This document shows positions 18,119 to 28,179 of a stretch of 64,000 nt of DNA, one piece after another. Below the pieces are notes generated by a model, which had not been told where the DNA came from, searched no databases, and saw nothing but the letters and a program-made list of their open reading frames with translations. The position numbers and the translations under genes are program-made. Location: contig OZ252023.1 in NCBI GenBank assembly GCA_965247425.1, forward strand, positions 348,891 through 412,890. Direction: 5' to 3'. The DNA comes from Terriglobia bacterium (GTDB lineage: Bacteria > Acidobacteriota > Terriglobia > 20CM-2-55-15). The stretch's first letter is position 1; each line of letters opens with the position of its first letter.

Positions 18119-20461
18119 TCAGCTCCCCGGAAGAAGGTTCAACCGTTGGGCTGCCGCTCCTTCCACCGCGCCCCTGGTGAACAGGAGCGGGGCGTACTCT
18201 CCGTTTCCAAGGTACTCGCGCATGTCGCCGTAGTATGGGCTTCCCGGCTGACCCGATTGTCCGGGGGCGTTCGTCCAGACGGAGTTGTCGAGATTCGACA
18301 GATCGATGATGCGCCTGAAGTTCGCCCCGCTGGCGTTCACGGCTCCGAAGGAGCCGGGCCGCTCGACCGGAGCCAGGTCTAACTCCGGGGCGAACGTGTG
18401 CTGGAGGGTGCTCTGGTTGATCCTTCCATAGCGCCACTCGGACGAGTCCTCACCATAGTCACTCGTGAGTCTGGCGAGGGCCGCTCGGAGGCCGTCCTCG
18501 ACCATCGCTTGCCTCTGGGCAGCCGGGGTCTGGGGGTCCTGGATTGCCTGGTCGGCCTCGCTCGTCCAGCGTCTGTAAATCGCGGCGGGAACGCTCTCGC
18601 GAGCCAACACGCCATCCCAGTTGGCGATCATGGCACGCGCCTGTTCTACTTGTGGATCCTGGGAAGTCCAGTCTTCGAAGTAGGGGATGTCCCGCGCGGC
18701 TCGGATGATGTAGGCGTCCATCTGAATCCGCTTGTGATCCTCGACGGAAAAGATGTCTTGCGAGGCGAAGATCTGATGGAGTCGCGTGATGCGCGAGGTC
18801 TCCACGCCCCGGGTCGAGTGATAGAACACAGGGCGGCCCTCATAGCCTTCAGGATGCGTATTGTTGTTCGCGGACGCCACGTAGCCCCGAGCCGGATTGA
18901 ATTCGCGCGGGAGGTCGTCCCTGAAGCCTCTCCATTCGTATTGGCCGTTTCCGGGCACAGGCAGACGGCCGTTCCAGCCATCCCGGTCAGGCGTAAGCCC
19001 CGTCACCTGGAGGGCGATGTTCCCCTCGCTGTCTCCGCAAACCAGGTTGTGGGTGGGCACCACCCAGTACATAGCCCGTTCGAAGAAGTCCTCACAGCTG
19101 GTTGCCTGGGCGAGCTTGAAGCTGCCCAGGTAGGGAGCCGTCCCGTGCTCCTGGTTCACGGAACGCACGGCGTAGGCCAACCCATTCTCAATGTCCTCGT
19201 AGAAGATCGGGCCGTGGCGGCTGAACTTGAGGACGACCGTGCGCGGCGTGGCTTCGCCCTTGACCCGGATCTCTTCGGCGACCTCGCGAATGGGCTCCCA
19301 TCCATCCTGCCACCGCACCTGGGTCGGATCATCCGGGTTCAGCTCCTCCACGTAGAGGTCCACCATGTCGGTGCCCGCGTAGGTGAACCCCCACGCCACG
19401 TTTTCGTTGTTTCCAGCCATCGTGCCTACAAAGGGGGGCTCACCGCCCCCGATCAGGCTCCAGCCGGGAGCGTTCAGATGCACGAAGTAGCGGAGCGCCG
19501 GCATCTCGATGCGCCGATGCGGGTCGTTCGACAGGATCGGCACCCCGGTCGAACTCCGTTCTCCGCTCACCACCCAGTTGTTGCTCCCCGCGTCCGCCGG
19601 ATCCCACGGGGCCGAAACCATGGCCGTGCGGACCTCCGAGAGAAGGGATCGATAGTCCTCGACGACCTCGAGCGCGGGCAGGTTCGACCCCGCGAACGGA
19701 TCTCCGTCACCCGCGCGCGCGGCGTCGAGGACCTCCTCGGTGATCAGGTTCACGTCGAGGCCGTCGGGCACAACCAGGTCCGCGTAGGGATCGGGTGAGG
19801 CGCGTCGGTTGGCTTCCTCTGCGCCGTTCCGGGCCACGTTCATCGCGAGTTGGATTTCACTGATGGCGTGCCCGCGAACGCTCGACAAGCCGATCTGGGC
19901 CCATCGAAGGACCACCGTTTGCGCTGTCCAGGGATCCGGGCGAACTCCGGTCAGCTTGAACTCCAACGGCAGGTTATCGGCGTTCTGTTCGATGAACGCA
20001 TTCACTCCGTTGGCGTATGCAGTGAAGATTTGTTCCGCCTCGGGGTGGTATCTCGACCACTCCGCCTCGTCCCAGGGACCCCGGAACATCATGAGCCGCG
20101 TCCGCTGGTCGTACTCGAAGGCGTCCGGGCCGAAAATCTCGGAGAGACGCCCTTCGTGCCAACGGCGCCACAGCTCCATCTGCCAGAGCCGATCCTGAGC
20201 CATGACGTACCCCTGCGCGAAGAAAAGGTCGTCCGTGTTCTGTGCGTAGATGTGCGGGATCCCCCACTGGTCTCGGATGACTTCGACGGGCTGCCGTAGC
20301 CCCGGCAAGGTGAGATCCCCTTCGATCTGAGCCAGGGATTGCCGCGCCAGCTCGTCCAGTGTGGCCGGAACCGACGGCTCATCGGTGAGTCCTGTGCAGC
20401 CGGTAGCGATAAGAAACAACGTCGGAACGACGGAATTGGCGAGCCATCGAATAGGGGACAT
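18119..20461 (-). CDS. penicillin acylase-family Ntn hydrolase (possible acyl-homoserine-lactone/beta-lactam acylase), secreted
   Basis: 780 aa with an N-terminal signal peptide. Autoprocessing/nucleophile motif AGSNNWVVSGERSSTGVPILSNDPH. Confidence 0.88.
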   Translation of the reverse strand: MSPIRWLANSVVPTLFLIATGCTGLTDEPSVPATLDELARQSLAQIEGDLTLPGLRQPVEVIRDQWGIPHIYAQNTDDLFFAQGYVMAQDRLWQMELWRRWHEGRLSEIFGPDAFEYDQRTRLMMFRGPWDEAEWSRYHPEAEQIFTAYANGVNAFIEQNADNLPLEFKLTGVRPDPWTAQTVVLRWAQIGLSSVRGHAISEIQLAMNVARNGAEEANRRASPDPYADLVVPDGLDVNLITEEVLDAARAGDGDPFAGSNLPALEVVEDYRSLLSEVRTAMVSAPWDPADAGSNNWVVSGERSSTGVPILSNDPHRRIEMPALRYFVHLNAPGWSLIGGGEPPFVGTMAGNNENVAWGFTYAGTDMVDLYVEELNPDDPTQVRWQDGWEPIREVAEEIRVKGEATPRTVVLKFSRHGPIFYEDIENGLAYAVRSVNQEHGTAPYLGSFKLAQATSCEDFFERAMYWVVPTHNLVCGDSEGNIALQVTGLTPDRDGWNGRLPVPGNGQYEWRGFRDDLPREFNPARGYVASANNNTHPEGYEGRPVFYHSTRGVETSRITRLHQIFASQDIFSVEDHKRIQMDAYIIRAARDIPYFEDWTSQDPQVEQARAMIANWDGVLARESVPAAIYRRWTSEADQAIQDPQTPAAQRQAMVEDGLRAALARLTSDYGEDSSEWRYGRINQSTLQHTFAPELDLAPVERPGSFGAVNASGANFRRIIDLSNLDNSVWTNAPGQSGQPGSPYYGDMREYLGNGEYAPLLFTRGAVEGAAAQRLNLLPGS

Positions 20462-20715
20462 CGGACCTCCTCGGAAGAGACGGACGACCTCGGCACGCTG
20501 TACCGCTTCGAGCAGTCGGCTCGAGGTTCGACCCTTACAGTAGCTATCAATGCCGGAGGGGGACTTGAGCCCCCACGGGAGTCACCCCCCCCGCCGGATC
20601 GTGAGTCGCTTTACGAATGTTGTGGAAGATTGAGGTGACTTGTCAAATTGTTTCGTTCATGCGGGTTTTCGCCTCCAGTCGATCGTTTCGCTTATCCTGC
20701 CACCTTCAATCGTGC

Positions 20716-20828
20716 GTGTCGGGGCGTCCCTCCGTGGGCGCCCGCGTGTTTAGAGGGCGGGTGGCCCGGAGGGGTGTCCTGCACAGATTTCGTGTCCCGC
20801 GGGTGGCCAGGGACGGCCACCCCGACAC
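20716..20828. repeat. MITE/REP-like element family B, short copy
   Basis: Begins GTGTCGGGGCG and ends CGGGTGGCCAGGGACGGCCACCCCGACAC. The last ~30 nt are identical to 55980-56009. The termini are mutually inverted. Confidence 0.5.
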
Positions 20829-20867
20829 ACTGTCCTGCTCCTTTTCTTCGATCCGAGTTTCACTGCT

Positions 20868-21593
20868 CTAGGTGAACAACGCGGCTAACGCGATGCTCGT
20901 CAAAACCACCAGCGCGACTCGCCGGAACGCTACCTCCGAAACTCTGCCAAACAGGCGGCTTCCGAGCCATACCCCGCCGAGGTACGCGGGCACCAGGCCG
21001 GCCGTGCGCCACAGTACAGCTTCGGTGTACAGGCCGTAAAAAGCGTAGGCCGCCAGGCCCATGGCGCTGGTAAACACGAAGAGTCCCATGATGCTGGCGC
21101 GTGCGGCGCGCGCATGAGCCGGACCCGACAGGTAGAACAGGATGATCGGTGGTCCGGGAATGCCTGCCGCGCCGCCGAGAAGGCCGCTGGTGACGCCGAC
21201 CGCGAGGGTCAATGGCAGGCCGACCACTCCGCGATAGCGCCAGCCAAGTGCCAGCACGACGACGAAGCCCAGCACCACGAACCCGATCCCGCGCCGCACC
21301 ATCTCCTGGTCCAGGTGGACTAACATCCAGGCGCCCACCGGAACGGTACAGACACCGGCCAGGCCGAGAGGGACGACCGATCGCCACTCTCCATGGCGCC
21401 TCGCCTCTGGCAGGAAGTACAGGACAGCTGGCAGGTCGATCAGCGAAATGCTGGCAATCGCCGCCGCCGGCCCAAAGAGCAGGCTCAGGGCCGGGGCCAT
21501 GATGAGCCCCGCACCGAAGCCGGAAAAACCGCGCACGATTCCGGCTACGGTCACCACGCCCAATGCGATCGCAAATGCCTGGACGGGTGTCAT
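20868..21593 (-). CDS. TauE/SafE (TSUP) family anion exporter
   Basis: 241-aa polytopic membrane protein. GFSGFGAGLIMAPAL and GGAAGIPGPPIILFYL are duplicated TSUP motifs. Confidence 0.85.
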   Translation of the reverse strand: MTPVQAFAIALGVVTVAGIVRGFSGFGAGLIMAPALSLLFGPAAAIASISLIDLPAVLYFLPEARRHGEWRSVVPLGLAGVCTVPVGAWMLVHLDQEMVRRGIGFVVLGFVVVLALGWRYRGVVGLPLTLAVGVTSGLLGGAAGIPGPPIILFYLSGPAHARAARASIMGLFVFTSAMGLAAYAFYGLYTEAVLWRTAGLVPAYLGGVWLGSRLFGRVSEVAFRRVALVVLTSIALAALFT

Positions 21594-21941
21594 GACAGTG
21601 TCATCCAGGTCGTTGCAAAACGGCGAAGAGGCAGAGGCTCCATGTCCAGACTATACTGGGAAATGTGCGGTCGTCAGTTCCCTGAAACCATCTTGACTCG
21701 TTTACCAGTGGAAGATCGTGTTGTTCTCTCTCCGGCCAGGCACGTCCGTTGTCCCAGCGCCGCGGGATTCTTCACAAACCTACTATCCCGGTACTGACGA
21801 ACGCCGCACCCCTTCTCGACCATCGTCGATCCCAATCTTGATGGACAGTGATGGCCGAATGAGCCACGATAGCGCTCAGATCGATTTTGTGGTGAACTGA
21901 TTGGGTTCAAGGGTTCATCCGTTCACCCAGAGGCTCGTGTC

Positions 21942-23255
21942 TTGCTCAATGCAATCTTCATCGGACTGATCGCCGTCTCGGTCTTGTTCGCCGCCTTCAA
22001 CGGAACGATGGCTGACGTCATGGATGCGAGCATCGAATCGGCGAACGGCGCCGTCCAGATCGCCTTTGGGTTGCTGGGCATGATGACGTTGTGGCTCGGC
22101 ATGATGCGCGTGCTGCGCGACGCCGGCTTCATGGCAGCTCTGGCCCGGAGCCTCGCGCCCGTCATGCGCCGCCTGTTCCCGGACGTGCCCGCCGATCATC
22201 CGGCGATGGGCGTCATGATCCTGAACATTTCGGCGAACATGCTCGGGCTGGGAAATGCCGCGACACCGTTCGGTTTGAAGGCGATGCGGGAACTCGAGTC
22301 GCTGAACACCCGTCCCGGGGTAGCGACCAACTCCATGGCGCTCTTTCTGGCGATCAACACGTCCGGCGTTGCTGTGTTGCCGCTCGGTGTGATCGCCGTG
22401 AGGGCGAGCCTGGATTCAACCGATGCGGCGGGCGTCCTCGTCCCATCGATCCTCGCAACGGCGTGCTCGACCGTCGTTGCCGTGCTGGTGGCCAAATTTC
22501 TCCAACGGCGCGGTGCCTTCGAACTGGGGCGCTATCCACAACAGGGCAATCGAGAGGCGGACGCCCCTTCCGCCTCAAAGAGCATCAAAGGGCTCGATGA
22601 CGCCGAGAAGACCGCAACGATTGAAGCCAGCGGATCGACGTTCCGAATGATTTGGGTGGTCCTTTTCGTCGTGCTCATGTTCGTCGCGATCTCCCTTGAA
22701 GCACGCTCGGTGGGACCGGACATCAGTGCCTGGGAGTTTACCAGCTCGATCCTTTCCTCCTGGCTTCTGCCGACCCTCATGGTCGCAATCGTGCTCGCGG
22801 GTTTCGCCCGTCGCATCAACGTCTACGATTCGGTGGTTGCGGGTGCGAAAGAGGGCTTCAACATTTTTATCGTGATCATTCCGTACCTGGTTGTGATCCT
22901 GGTGGCGGTCGGGATGTTCCGGGCATCGGGCGCGCTTGATTATCTAGCCGCCGGAATAGCGACTTTCAGCTCGATCCCCGCGGAAGGCCTGATGATGGCG
23001 CTTATTCGTCCGCTTTCAGGAAGCGGCGCGTTTGGCGTGATGACCGAGGCCATGCGCGCGAACGGGCCCGATTCCTTCACTGGATACCTGGTCTCGGTGA
23101 TGAGCGGTAGTACCGAAACCACGTTCTACGTCCTTGCGCTCTATTTCGGAAGTGTGGCGGTACAGGCGGGGCGGCACACTGTCATCGCCTGTCTTGCAGC
23201 CGATGTGACCGGGTTCGTCGCCGCGTTGTTCTGGTGCCGTCTCTTCTTCGGATAG
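21942..23255 (+). CDS. fused SpmA/SpmB-like nucleoside-recognition (Gate) domain membrane protein
   Basis: TTG start. The N-terminus (MLNAIFIGLIAVSVLFAAFNG...GLGNAATPFGLKAMRELE) is typical of SpmA. The C-terminal half is SpmB-like. Confidence 0.8.
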   Translation: MLNAIFIGLIAVSVLFAAFNGTMADVMDASIESANGAVQIAFGLLGMMTLWLGMMRVLRDAGFMAALARSLAPVMRRLFPDVPADHPAMGVMILNISANMLGLGNAATPFGLKAMRELESLNTRPGVATNSMALFLAINTSGVAVLPLGVIAVRASLDSTDAAGVLVPSILATACSTVVAVLVAKFLQRRGAFELGRYPQQGNREADAPSASKSIKGLDDAEKTATIEASGSTFRMIWVVLFVVLMFVAISLEARSVGPDISAWEFTSSILSSWLLPTLMVAIVLAGFARRINVYDSVVAGAKEGFNIFIVIIPYLVVILVAVGMFRASGALDYLAAGIATFSSIPAEGLMMALIRPLSGSGAFGVMTEAMRANGPDSFTGYLVSVMSGSTETTFYVLALYFGSVAVQAGRHTVIACLAADVTGFVAALFWCRLFFG

Positions 23256-23272
23256 GAACCCGAAGTCTGATG

Positions 23273-23571
23273 TCAGTCGCAGCGCAGAGCGACCATGGAG
23301 TCAACCCTGCCCGCGCGGCGGACAGGAACCACAGAGCCGATCATCGCGGCTAATCCGAGCCCCAGGGCAACGGCGACAAAAGTCGTCGGGTCCCTCGGAT
23401 TTACTCCTACCAGCGAGCGCCCCATGAATCGCGTCAGTGCGGGCGAAGCCCCCATGCCAATCACCGTGCCGAGGGCCACCAGCGCAAATCCTTCCCGGCC
23501 GAAGATCGCGAGGATATCGCGCGGTCTGGCGCCAAGGGCCATCCGCACGCCGATCTCCCGTGTGGACTGGC
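23273..23571 (-). pseudogene. C-terminal fragment of an ADOP/FtsX-type permease, abutting IS1380-family copy 1
   Basis: GQSTREIGVRMALGARPRDILAIF...LVGVNPRDPTTF...VPVRRAGRVDSMVALRCD. Homology starts at the IS junction. Confidence 0.75.
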
Positions 23572-23575
23572 CTAG

Positions 23576-25313
23576 CCCGGATGGATCACCAATCGGAGAA
23601 TCGATCGGTGTTCGGATACGAGAAGCGATTTGCGGCGAGACTTGGAGCTGAGAGTGAGCGAGCCGTGGACATTGGCGGATTTTGAGCCTGTGACACGGCG
23701 ACATTTGGCGGGAGATCGGCATGAATGGGCGAGTGCAGGCAGGCCTCGCCGGGAGGCAGATGAGAGGCGCTGTTTTTCGGATCTGAAGGTTCGGTGTCGT
23801 CAGCAACGAAGCGGAATTGATTGCAGGTTTCTCACTATGAGAGCAAAGACGTCGGCATAGGGATAGGCCTCCGACATCGAGATCCAGACGTTGCGGACCG
23901 TGAGGCGGATACGCGCACCGATCTTAAGAAGCTTCAGACGGATGGTTCCGCATTGGGCATGGGCCATCGCGGTATCTTTGAGACCGAGACGACGCAACGC
24001 CTGCATAAGCATGTAGGCGGCTGAGGACAGATACAGTCGGAGCTGATTGGCGCGCATGGTTCCCGCACTGGTGCGGTCGGCAAATAGATCCAGTTGCTGT
24101 TCTTTGATCCGGTTCTCCATGTCGCCGCGTGCGCAATAGAAATCTTCGTAGAGCGCTTGGGCTCCGAGTCGTTCCGGTGGCAGTGAGGTCACCACGAATC
24201 GGGGATTGGCGCCCTTGGCCAGGAACTCGGCTTTGCCAACAACGCGACGAGTGCGGCTCCAGCTCTTTCGAGTCCGGTACAGGAAATCCTTAAACACTCG
24301 TGCCGATTTCCCAGTGGTCTGAAACTCCGCTTCAGCCTGAATCATCTGGTCAGCGATCTCTCGCTTGAGGCGGTCGTTCTTGGCCAACCCCATCACATAA
24401 TCGACCTGGTGGGTTTCACACCAGTCCAGTAATGCATCCCGGCAGAATCCGGAATCGGCCCGAATGATGATCGACACGTCCGGCCAGCTCTGACGGATCT
24501 GGCCGACGATACGTTCCAATTCATCGACTGATCCTGCCGCCCCATCGATATTGGACGGGCGCAGCCGAGCGCACAACAGATGCTCTCCACAGAAGATGTA
24601 CAAGGGCAGATAGCAGTAGTTGCGGTAGTAGCCGTGAAAGAACCGGCCTTCCTGTTGACCATGGATCGGATCATCGGTCGCGTCCAGATCCAGAACGATC
24701 TCTTCGGGCGCCGTGTTGTCATGGGCTGCCACAAACGCATCGACCATCCAACGATCGATCTTGTCCCCATCCATAGCGATCTTCTTGTACCGCTCCTGGT
24801 CGCCGACTTCGGCGCCGGTCAACTCCAATCGGTTTAGCGTGCTCTTGCCCGCCAACGCCTTTCCCCAGTCGCCGGCCTGTCGTCGATTCGTTCCCAGCGG
24901 ATCCGCTTTGTCCACCGCCAACGCAAGCATCGGGTCGGTCCGTAACTGATCGTGATCGTTCAGGTCTTCATATCCCAGGCACAGCCCGTAGACCCGCTGT
25001 CCCAACAGCTCCTTCACGGTGTGTTCGATCAACCGTTGGTCGCGATGATCGCTAAAACACCCCGCCAATCCATCGATCAAACCGGTCCGCTTTTCGACTT
25101 CACGCAGCAGCAGAACTCCAGCGTCAGACGTGATCTTGCCGCCGTCGAAACGCGCCTTCATTTTTCGTTGAAGAAGTCCGTGAAATTCGAACGTGGTTTG
25201 TTTACACTCTGTACTCATAAGGGCCGCCTCCGTTTGGTTTCTGAACCGTTCTCGACAAACGATTTATGCCAAACAGGGCGGCCTTTTCTGGTCCTTTCGG
25301 TGATTTATGCGGG
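23576..25313 (-). mobile_element. IS1380-family insertion sequence, copy 1 (1738 bp, CTAG on both flanks)
   Basis: Same sequence as 56654-58391 in inverse orientation (at least 2 SNPs seen). Ends CCCGGATGGATCACC / CCCGCATAAATCACC are imperfect inverted repeats. CTAG at 23572-23575 and 25314-25317. Confidence 0.9.
23800..25218 (-). CDS. IS1380-family DDE transposase
   Basis: 472 aa. FDGGKITSDAGVLLLREVEKRTGL, LDLDATDDPIHGQQEGRFFHGYYRNYCYLPLYIFCGEHLL, IRADSGF. Confidence 0.88.
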   Translation of the reverse strand: MSTECKQTTFEFHGLLQRKMKARFDGGKITSDAGVLLLREVEKRTGLIDGLAGCFSDHRDQRLIEHTVKELLGQRVYGLCLGYEDLNDHDQLRTDPMLALAVDKADPLGTNRRQAGDWGKALAGKSTLNRLELTGAEVGDQERYKKIAMDGDKIDRWMVDAFVAAHDNTAPEEIVLDLDATDDPIHGQQEGRFFHGYYRNYCYLPLYIFCGEHLLCARLRPSNIDGAAGSVDELERIVGQIRQSWPDVSIIIRADSGFCRDALLDWCETHQVDYVMGLAKNDRLKREIADQMIQAEAEFQTTGKSARVFKDFLYRTRKSWSRTRRVVGKAEFLAKGANPRFVVTSLPPERLGAQALYEDFYCARGDMENRIKEQQLDLFADRTSAGTMRANQLRLYLSSAAYMLMQALRRLGLKDTAMAHAQCGTIRLKLLKIGARIRLTVRNVWISMSEAYPYADVFALIVRNLQSIPLRC

Positions 25314-25527
25314 CTAGAGTTTCCACAAGCGCCTCCATCGGAGTTCCCAGCGGACTGCCGTCGGTTGCCGCCACGGTGTGTTCCTCTAGGCAGTTTAGTG
25401 CCGGGCTACTTTACCAAACTCAAGTCTCTTCATGTCGGATACGTTGCACTGAGTGCTCAACCAAATCGATATGTGGAATGAACAACAAGGGGTGAACCAC
25501 TCCCGGTTTCGAGGGGTCTAAGAACAT

Positions 25528-26178
25528 ATGTACATTCCTACTCTTCTTGCTCTCGTCATGTTCCTGCCTCAGCAAGCAATGGAGGCTCAACTGCAGCAGC
25601 AACAACGCACGCTGCAACGTCAGCAACAACAGCTGCAGCAGCTCGAACGGCGGGTAGAACGATCCGTCGGCCTGTTGGAAGAAGTTCGACAGGAACATCG
25701 CGACCAGCAGCCGCAACCCTCCTGTGCCGCGCGCATCAGCTGGGTCGCCGGTTCGGAAAGGAGAGACGTTCCCCCCGGGGATACGGTATCGGTTCTGTTG
25801 AACCTTTTCAGCACGGTCAGTCGACCTCGTGAAACCTGCTTGCCGGCTGAAGTCCGGGTCACGGTTAGCTTCCTCGACGGCGACGACAATCTGGTCTGTA
25901 ACGGTGCCGTTCCGAACGTTGCGGTCCAGGATTCGTTGACCCAGAGCATCAATCTGGAACTCTGGCCGTGGAATTTCAGGGAGTTCGTCTGGTGGAGAAA
26001 TGAACCTCCTCAAACCAACAGCGGACCCCGGGCTTTCTTCTGCCTGACTCCCGACGGTCAGGCTCAGGTGACTCCAGGCCAGTTGGAACGGGTTGTATCG
26101 GTTCGGATATGGACGACGGTCTTTCCTCCAGGCGGCGGCCTGTCTTCCGCGGAGCTCCGGCTGGATTTGCAGCGTTGA
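25528..26178 (+). CDS. hypothetical secreted protein with Gln-rich coiled-coil N-terminus
   Basis: Signal-like MYIPTLLALVMFLPQQAMEA followed by QLQQQQRTLQRQQQQLQQLERR. No family recognised. The 3' end overlaps decayed permease-like sequence in another frame. Confidence 0.35.
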   Translation: MYIPTLLALVMFLPQQAMEAQLQQQQRTLQRQQQQLQQLERRVERSVGLLEEVRQEHRDQQPQPSCAARISWVAGSERRDVPPGDTVSVLLNLFSTVSRPRETCLPAEVRVTVSFLDGDDNLVCNGAVPNVAVQDSLTQSINLELWPWNFREFVWWRNEPPQTNSGPRAFFCLTPDGQAQVTPGQLERVVSVRIWTTVFPPGGGLSSAELRLDLQR

Positions 26179-26229
26179 TGATCGTCGGTTGTGTCGGTTT
26201 TCAGCCACACCGTTTCTGGCAGCGAGTGT

Positions 26230-26482
26230 ACGGTGGTGATCCGGAAGTCTTGCGGCAGACAATCAACTCGCGCCAGTTGCGATTGGTATCATGGTTGGAC
26301 TTGGTGGGACGTTTGTCCTGACAAGACTGTTCGAAAGCTTCTTGTGCGGCGTCGGAACGAATGATCCCTGGACGATCGCGGGCGCTTCCGGGCTGTTTCT
26401 GGTGACCGCTGCCGTTGCCGGGGCGGTGCCGGCCGCACGAGCATTGCGAATCGCACCGATGACGGCCTTGCGTCACGAATGA
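26230..26482 (+). pseudogene. decayed C-terminal fragment of an ADOP/FtsX-type permease
   Basis: AIGIMVGLGGTFVLTRLFESFLCGVGTNDPWTIAG...VPAARALRIAPMTALRHE matches the final TM hairpin and tail. An upstream DPEVLRQ..RQLRL-like piece lies in a different frame. Confidence 0.6.
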
Positions 26483-26513
26483 GTTCACAACCGAGCGTCG
26501 TATCAGGCAAAGG

Positions 26514-27320
26514 ATGCAGAGTTTGAGACCGGAAACTGAAGTCGCCATTCAGGCAGCAAGAAGGGCTGTGGAGATCGCGGATTCGCGCACTGACGCCGAC
26601 CAGAGAGAATCCAAAGGGGGAATCGATCTGGTAACCGGCACGGATCTGGCTTGCGAGGACGCGATTCGAGAGGATCTTCTCGAAGCCCTTCCGGATTATC
26701 CGGTTGTCGGAGAGGAACGCGGCGGCGTACCGGTGGACGGGACTCCGTATTGGCTCGTGGATCCGATCTGTGGAACCCGCATGTTCGCATCCAACGTCCC
26801 GCTTTACTGTACGAACATCGCGCTAGTTGAGGAGCATGCTGTCACGGTCGCTGCTGTCGGCATCGGCCAAACCGGCGAGATCATGCTTGCCGAAAAGGGG
26901 TCGGGGGCATGGATGCGCACGGGAACGACTGAACGTCGTCTCGATACCAGCGAAGAGAGCAACACCGTATGGGTGGGCGCTCCGCGAGACCGGATGGGAG
27001 GGGTCGTCGATCGGTTACTCTCTACCGGCCACTGGTACGTCTTACTTTTCCCCTCAACCCTCGGCTCTGCATACCTGGCAGCGGGCCGGATCTCCGGCGT
27101 CATCCACATCGGTCATCGATCGGTCCGCCACGGTTCGGTCCACACCGCGGCGGGTTGCCTTCTTGCGTCGGAGGCCGGTGCTCTGGTCACCGACCTTGAA
27201 GACAACCGGCCGTGGAGCCTGGAAACCGGTTCGTTCCTCATGGCGGCAAGCCCCTCTCTCCATCGGGAACTCCGGGATTTGCTGCAGTCCATTCTTCCGC
27301 CGACCATCCCACCTACTTGA
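26514..27320 (+). CDS. inositol-monophosphatase-fold protein with substituted metal-ligand residues
   Basis: IMPase-like GTDLACEDAIREDLLEALPDYPVVGEERGG and YWLVDPICGTRMF (canonical DPxDGT) plus VHTAAGCLLASEAGALVTD (canonical WDxAAG). Confidence 0.75.
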   Translation: MQSLRPETEVAIQAARRAVEIADSRTDADQRESKGGIDLVTGTDLACEDAIREDLLEALPDYPVVGEERGGVPVDGTPYWLVDPICGTRMFASNVPLYCTNIALVEEHAVTVAAVGIGQTGEIMLAEKGSGAWMRTGTTERRLDTSEESNTVWVGAPRDRMGGVVDRLLSTGHWYVLLFPSTLGSAYLAAGRISGVIHIGHRSVRHGSVHTAAGCLLASEAGALVTDLEDNRPWSLETGSFLMAASPSLHRELRDLLQSILPPTIPPT

Positions 27321-28179
27321 TCAACTCACGTTCTAATCGTCTCATGGCGATCACGAACGTGACGCCGCCGATCAGGACCAGGTAGGCGACGTGTATGAAG
27401 ATGCCCGGGACAACGGCGCCAGTCGTCAGTTGTCGCAGGATTTCTACCCCGTGATAGAGCGGCACGGCCTGGACTACTAGTTGGGCGAAAGCCGGTAATT
27501 GGGTTGTCGGGAAGAAAGTGCCGCTGAAGAGGAACATCGGCATCACCAGCAGCCCCATCACGACGTCGAAGTCCTCGATCTTGCGTACGAAGCTCGTGAT
27601 GCACAGTGCGATGGCGGCGAAAGTGGCGGATACCAATATTGATGCCGGCAACGCCAGGATGGCCCACCACGAGAGGATCATCGGCGGACCGATGGTTTGT
27701 CCGATGACCATCACCACGACGAGAAAGGCGGCCGCGTAAATCGAGCCGCGTGTCAACGCCCAGAGCATCTCGCCGAACGCGATGTCTGGAACGCGCATCG
27801 GTGTCGCCAGGATTCCGTCGTACGTCTTCTGGTAATACAACTTGAAGAAGATGTTGAAGAAGCCATCGCTGATCGCTCCGTTCATGCAACTCGCTGCCAG
27901 GAGGCCTGGGGCCACAAATGCGCTGTAGGGAATCCCGCCGACCTCCCCGATCATCGATCCCAGTCCAAAGCCGATGCCCAGCAGGTAGAAGAGCGGCTCG
28001 AAGAACCCGGAGAAGACGACCATCCACATGTGTTTGTACACGAGCAGGTTGCGCTGGACCATCCGGATCGATCGCCGTAACGAGGGGATTGACGGCGAGA
28101 GGGACTGGGTTTGACTGACGAGGGTCACTTCAGAGTCCTCATGGTTCGAGCTTCCTTCGGAACGCAACGAGCGAGCCAA
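27313..28179 (-). CDS. ABC-2 type transporter permease
   Basis: Six-TM ABC-2/NodJ-like profile. The tracked start overlaps the upstream permease by 41 nt, and an internal start (MVQRNLLVYKH, about 28062) is possible. Confidence 0.8.
   Translation of the reverse strand: MARSLRSEGSSNHEDSEVTLVSQTQSLSPSIPSLRRSIRMVQRNLLVYKHMWMVVFSGFFEPLFYLLGIGFGLGSMIGEVGGIPYSAFVAPGLLAASCMNGAISDGFFNIFFKLYYQKTYDGILATPMRVPDIAFGEMLWALTRGSIYAAAFLVVVMVIGQTIGPPMILSWWAILALPASILVSATFAAIALCITSFVRKIEDFDVVMGLLVMPMFLFSGTFFPTTQLPAFAQLVVQAVPLYHGVEILRQLTTGAVVPGIFIHVAYLVLIGGVTFVIAMRRLERELIK

Noticed and set aside
20462-20715. Possible riboswitch or ncRNA in the long 5' region of the acylase gene (hairpin gggggacttgagccccc)
   Set aside because: I recognise no conserved riboswitch core. 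Only a short local hairpin is visible.
25420-26262. 280-aa minus-strand ORF next to IS copy 1
   Set aside because: Arg/Pro-rich translation with no homology pattern, overlapping a plus-strand ORF and decayed permease sequence.
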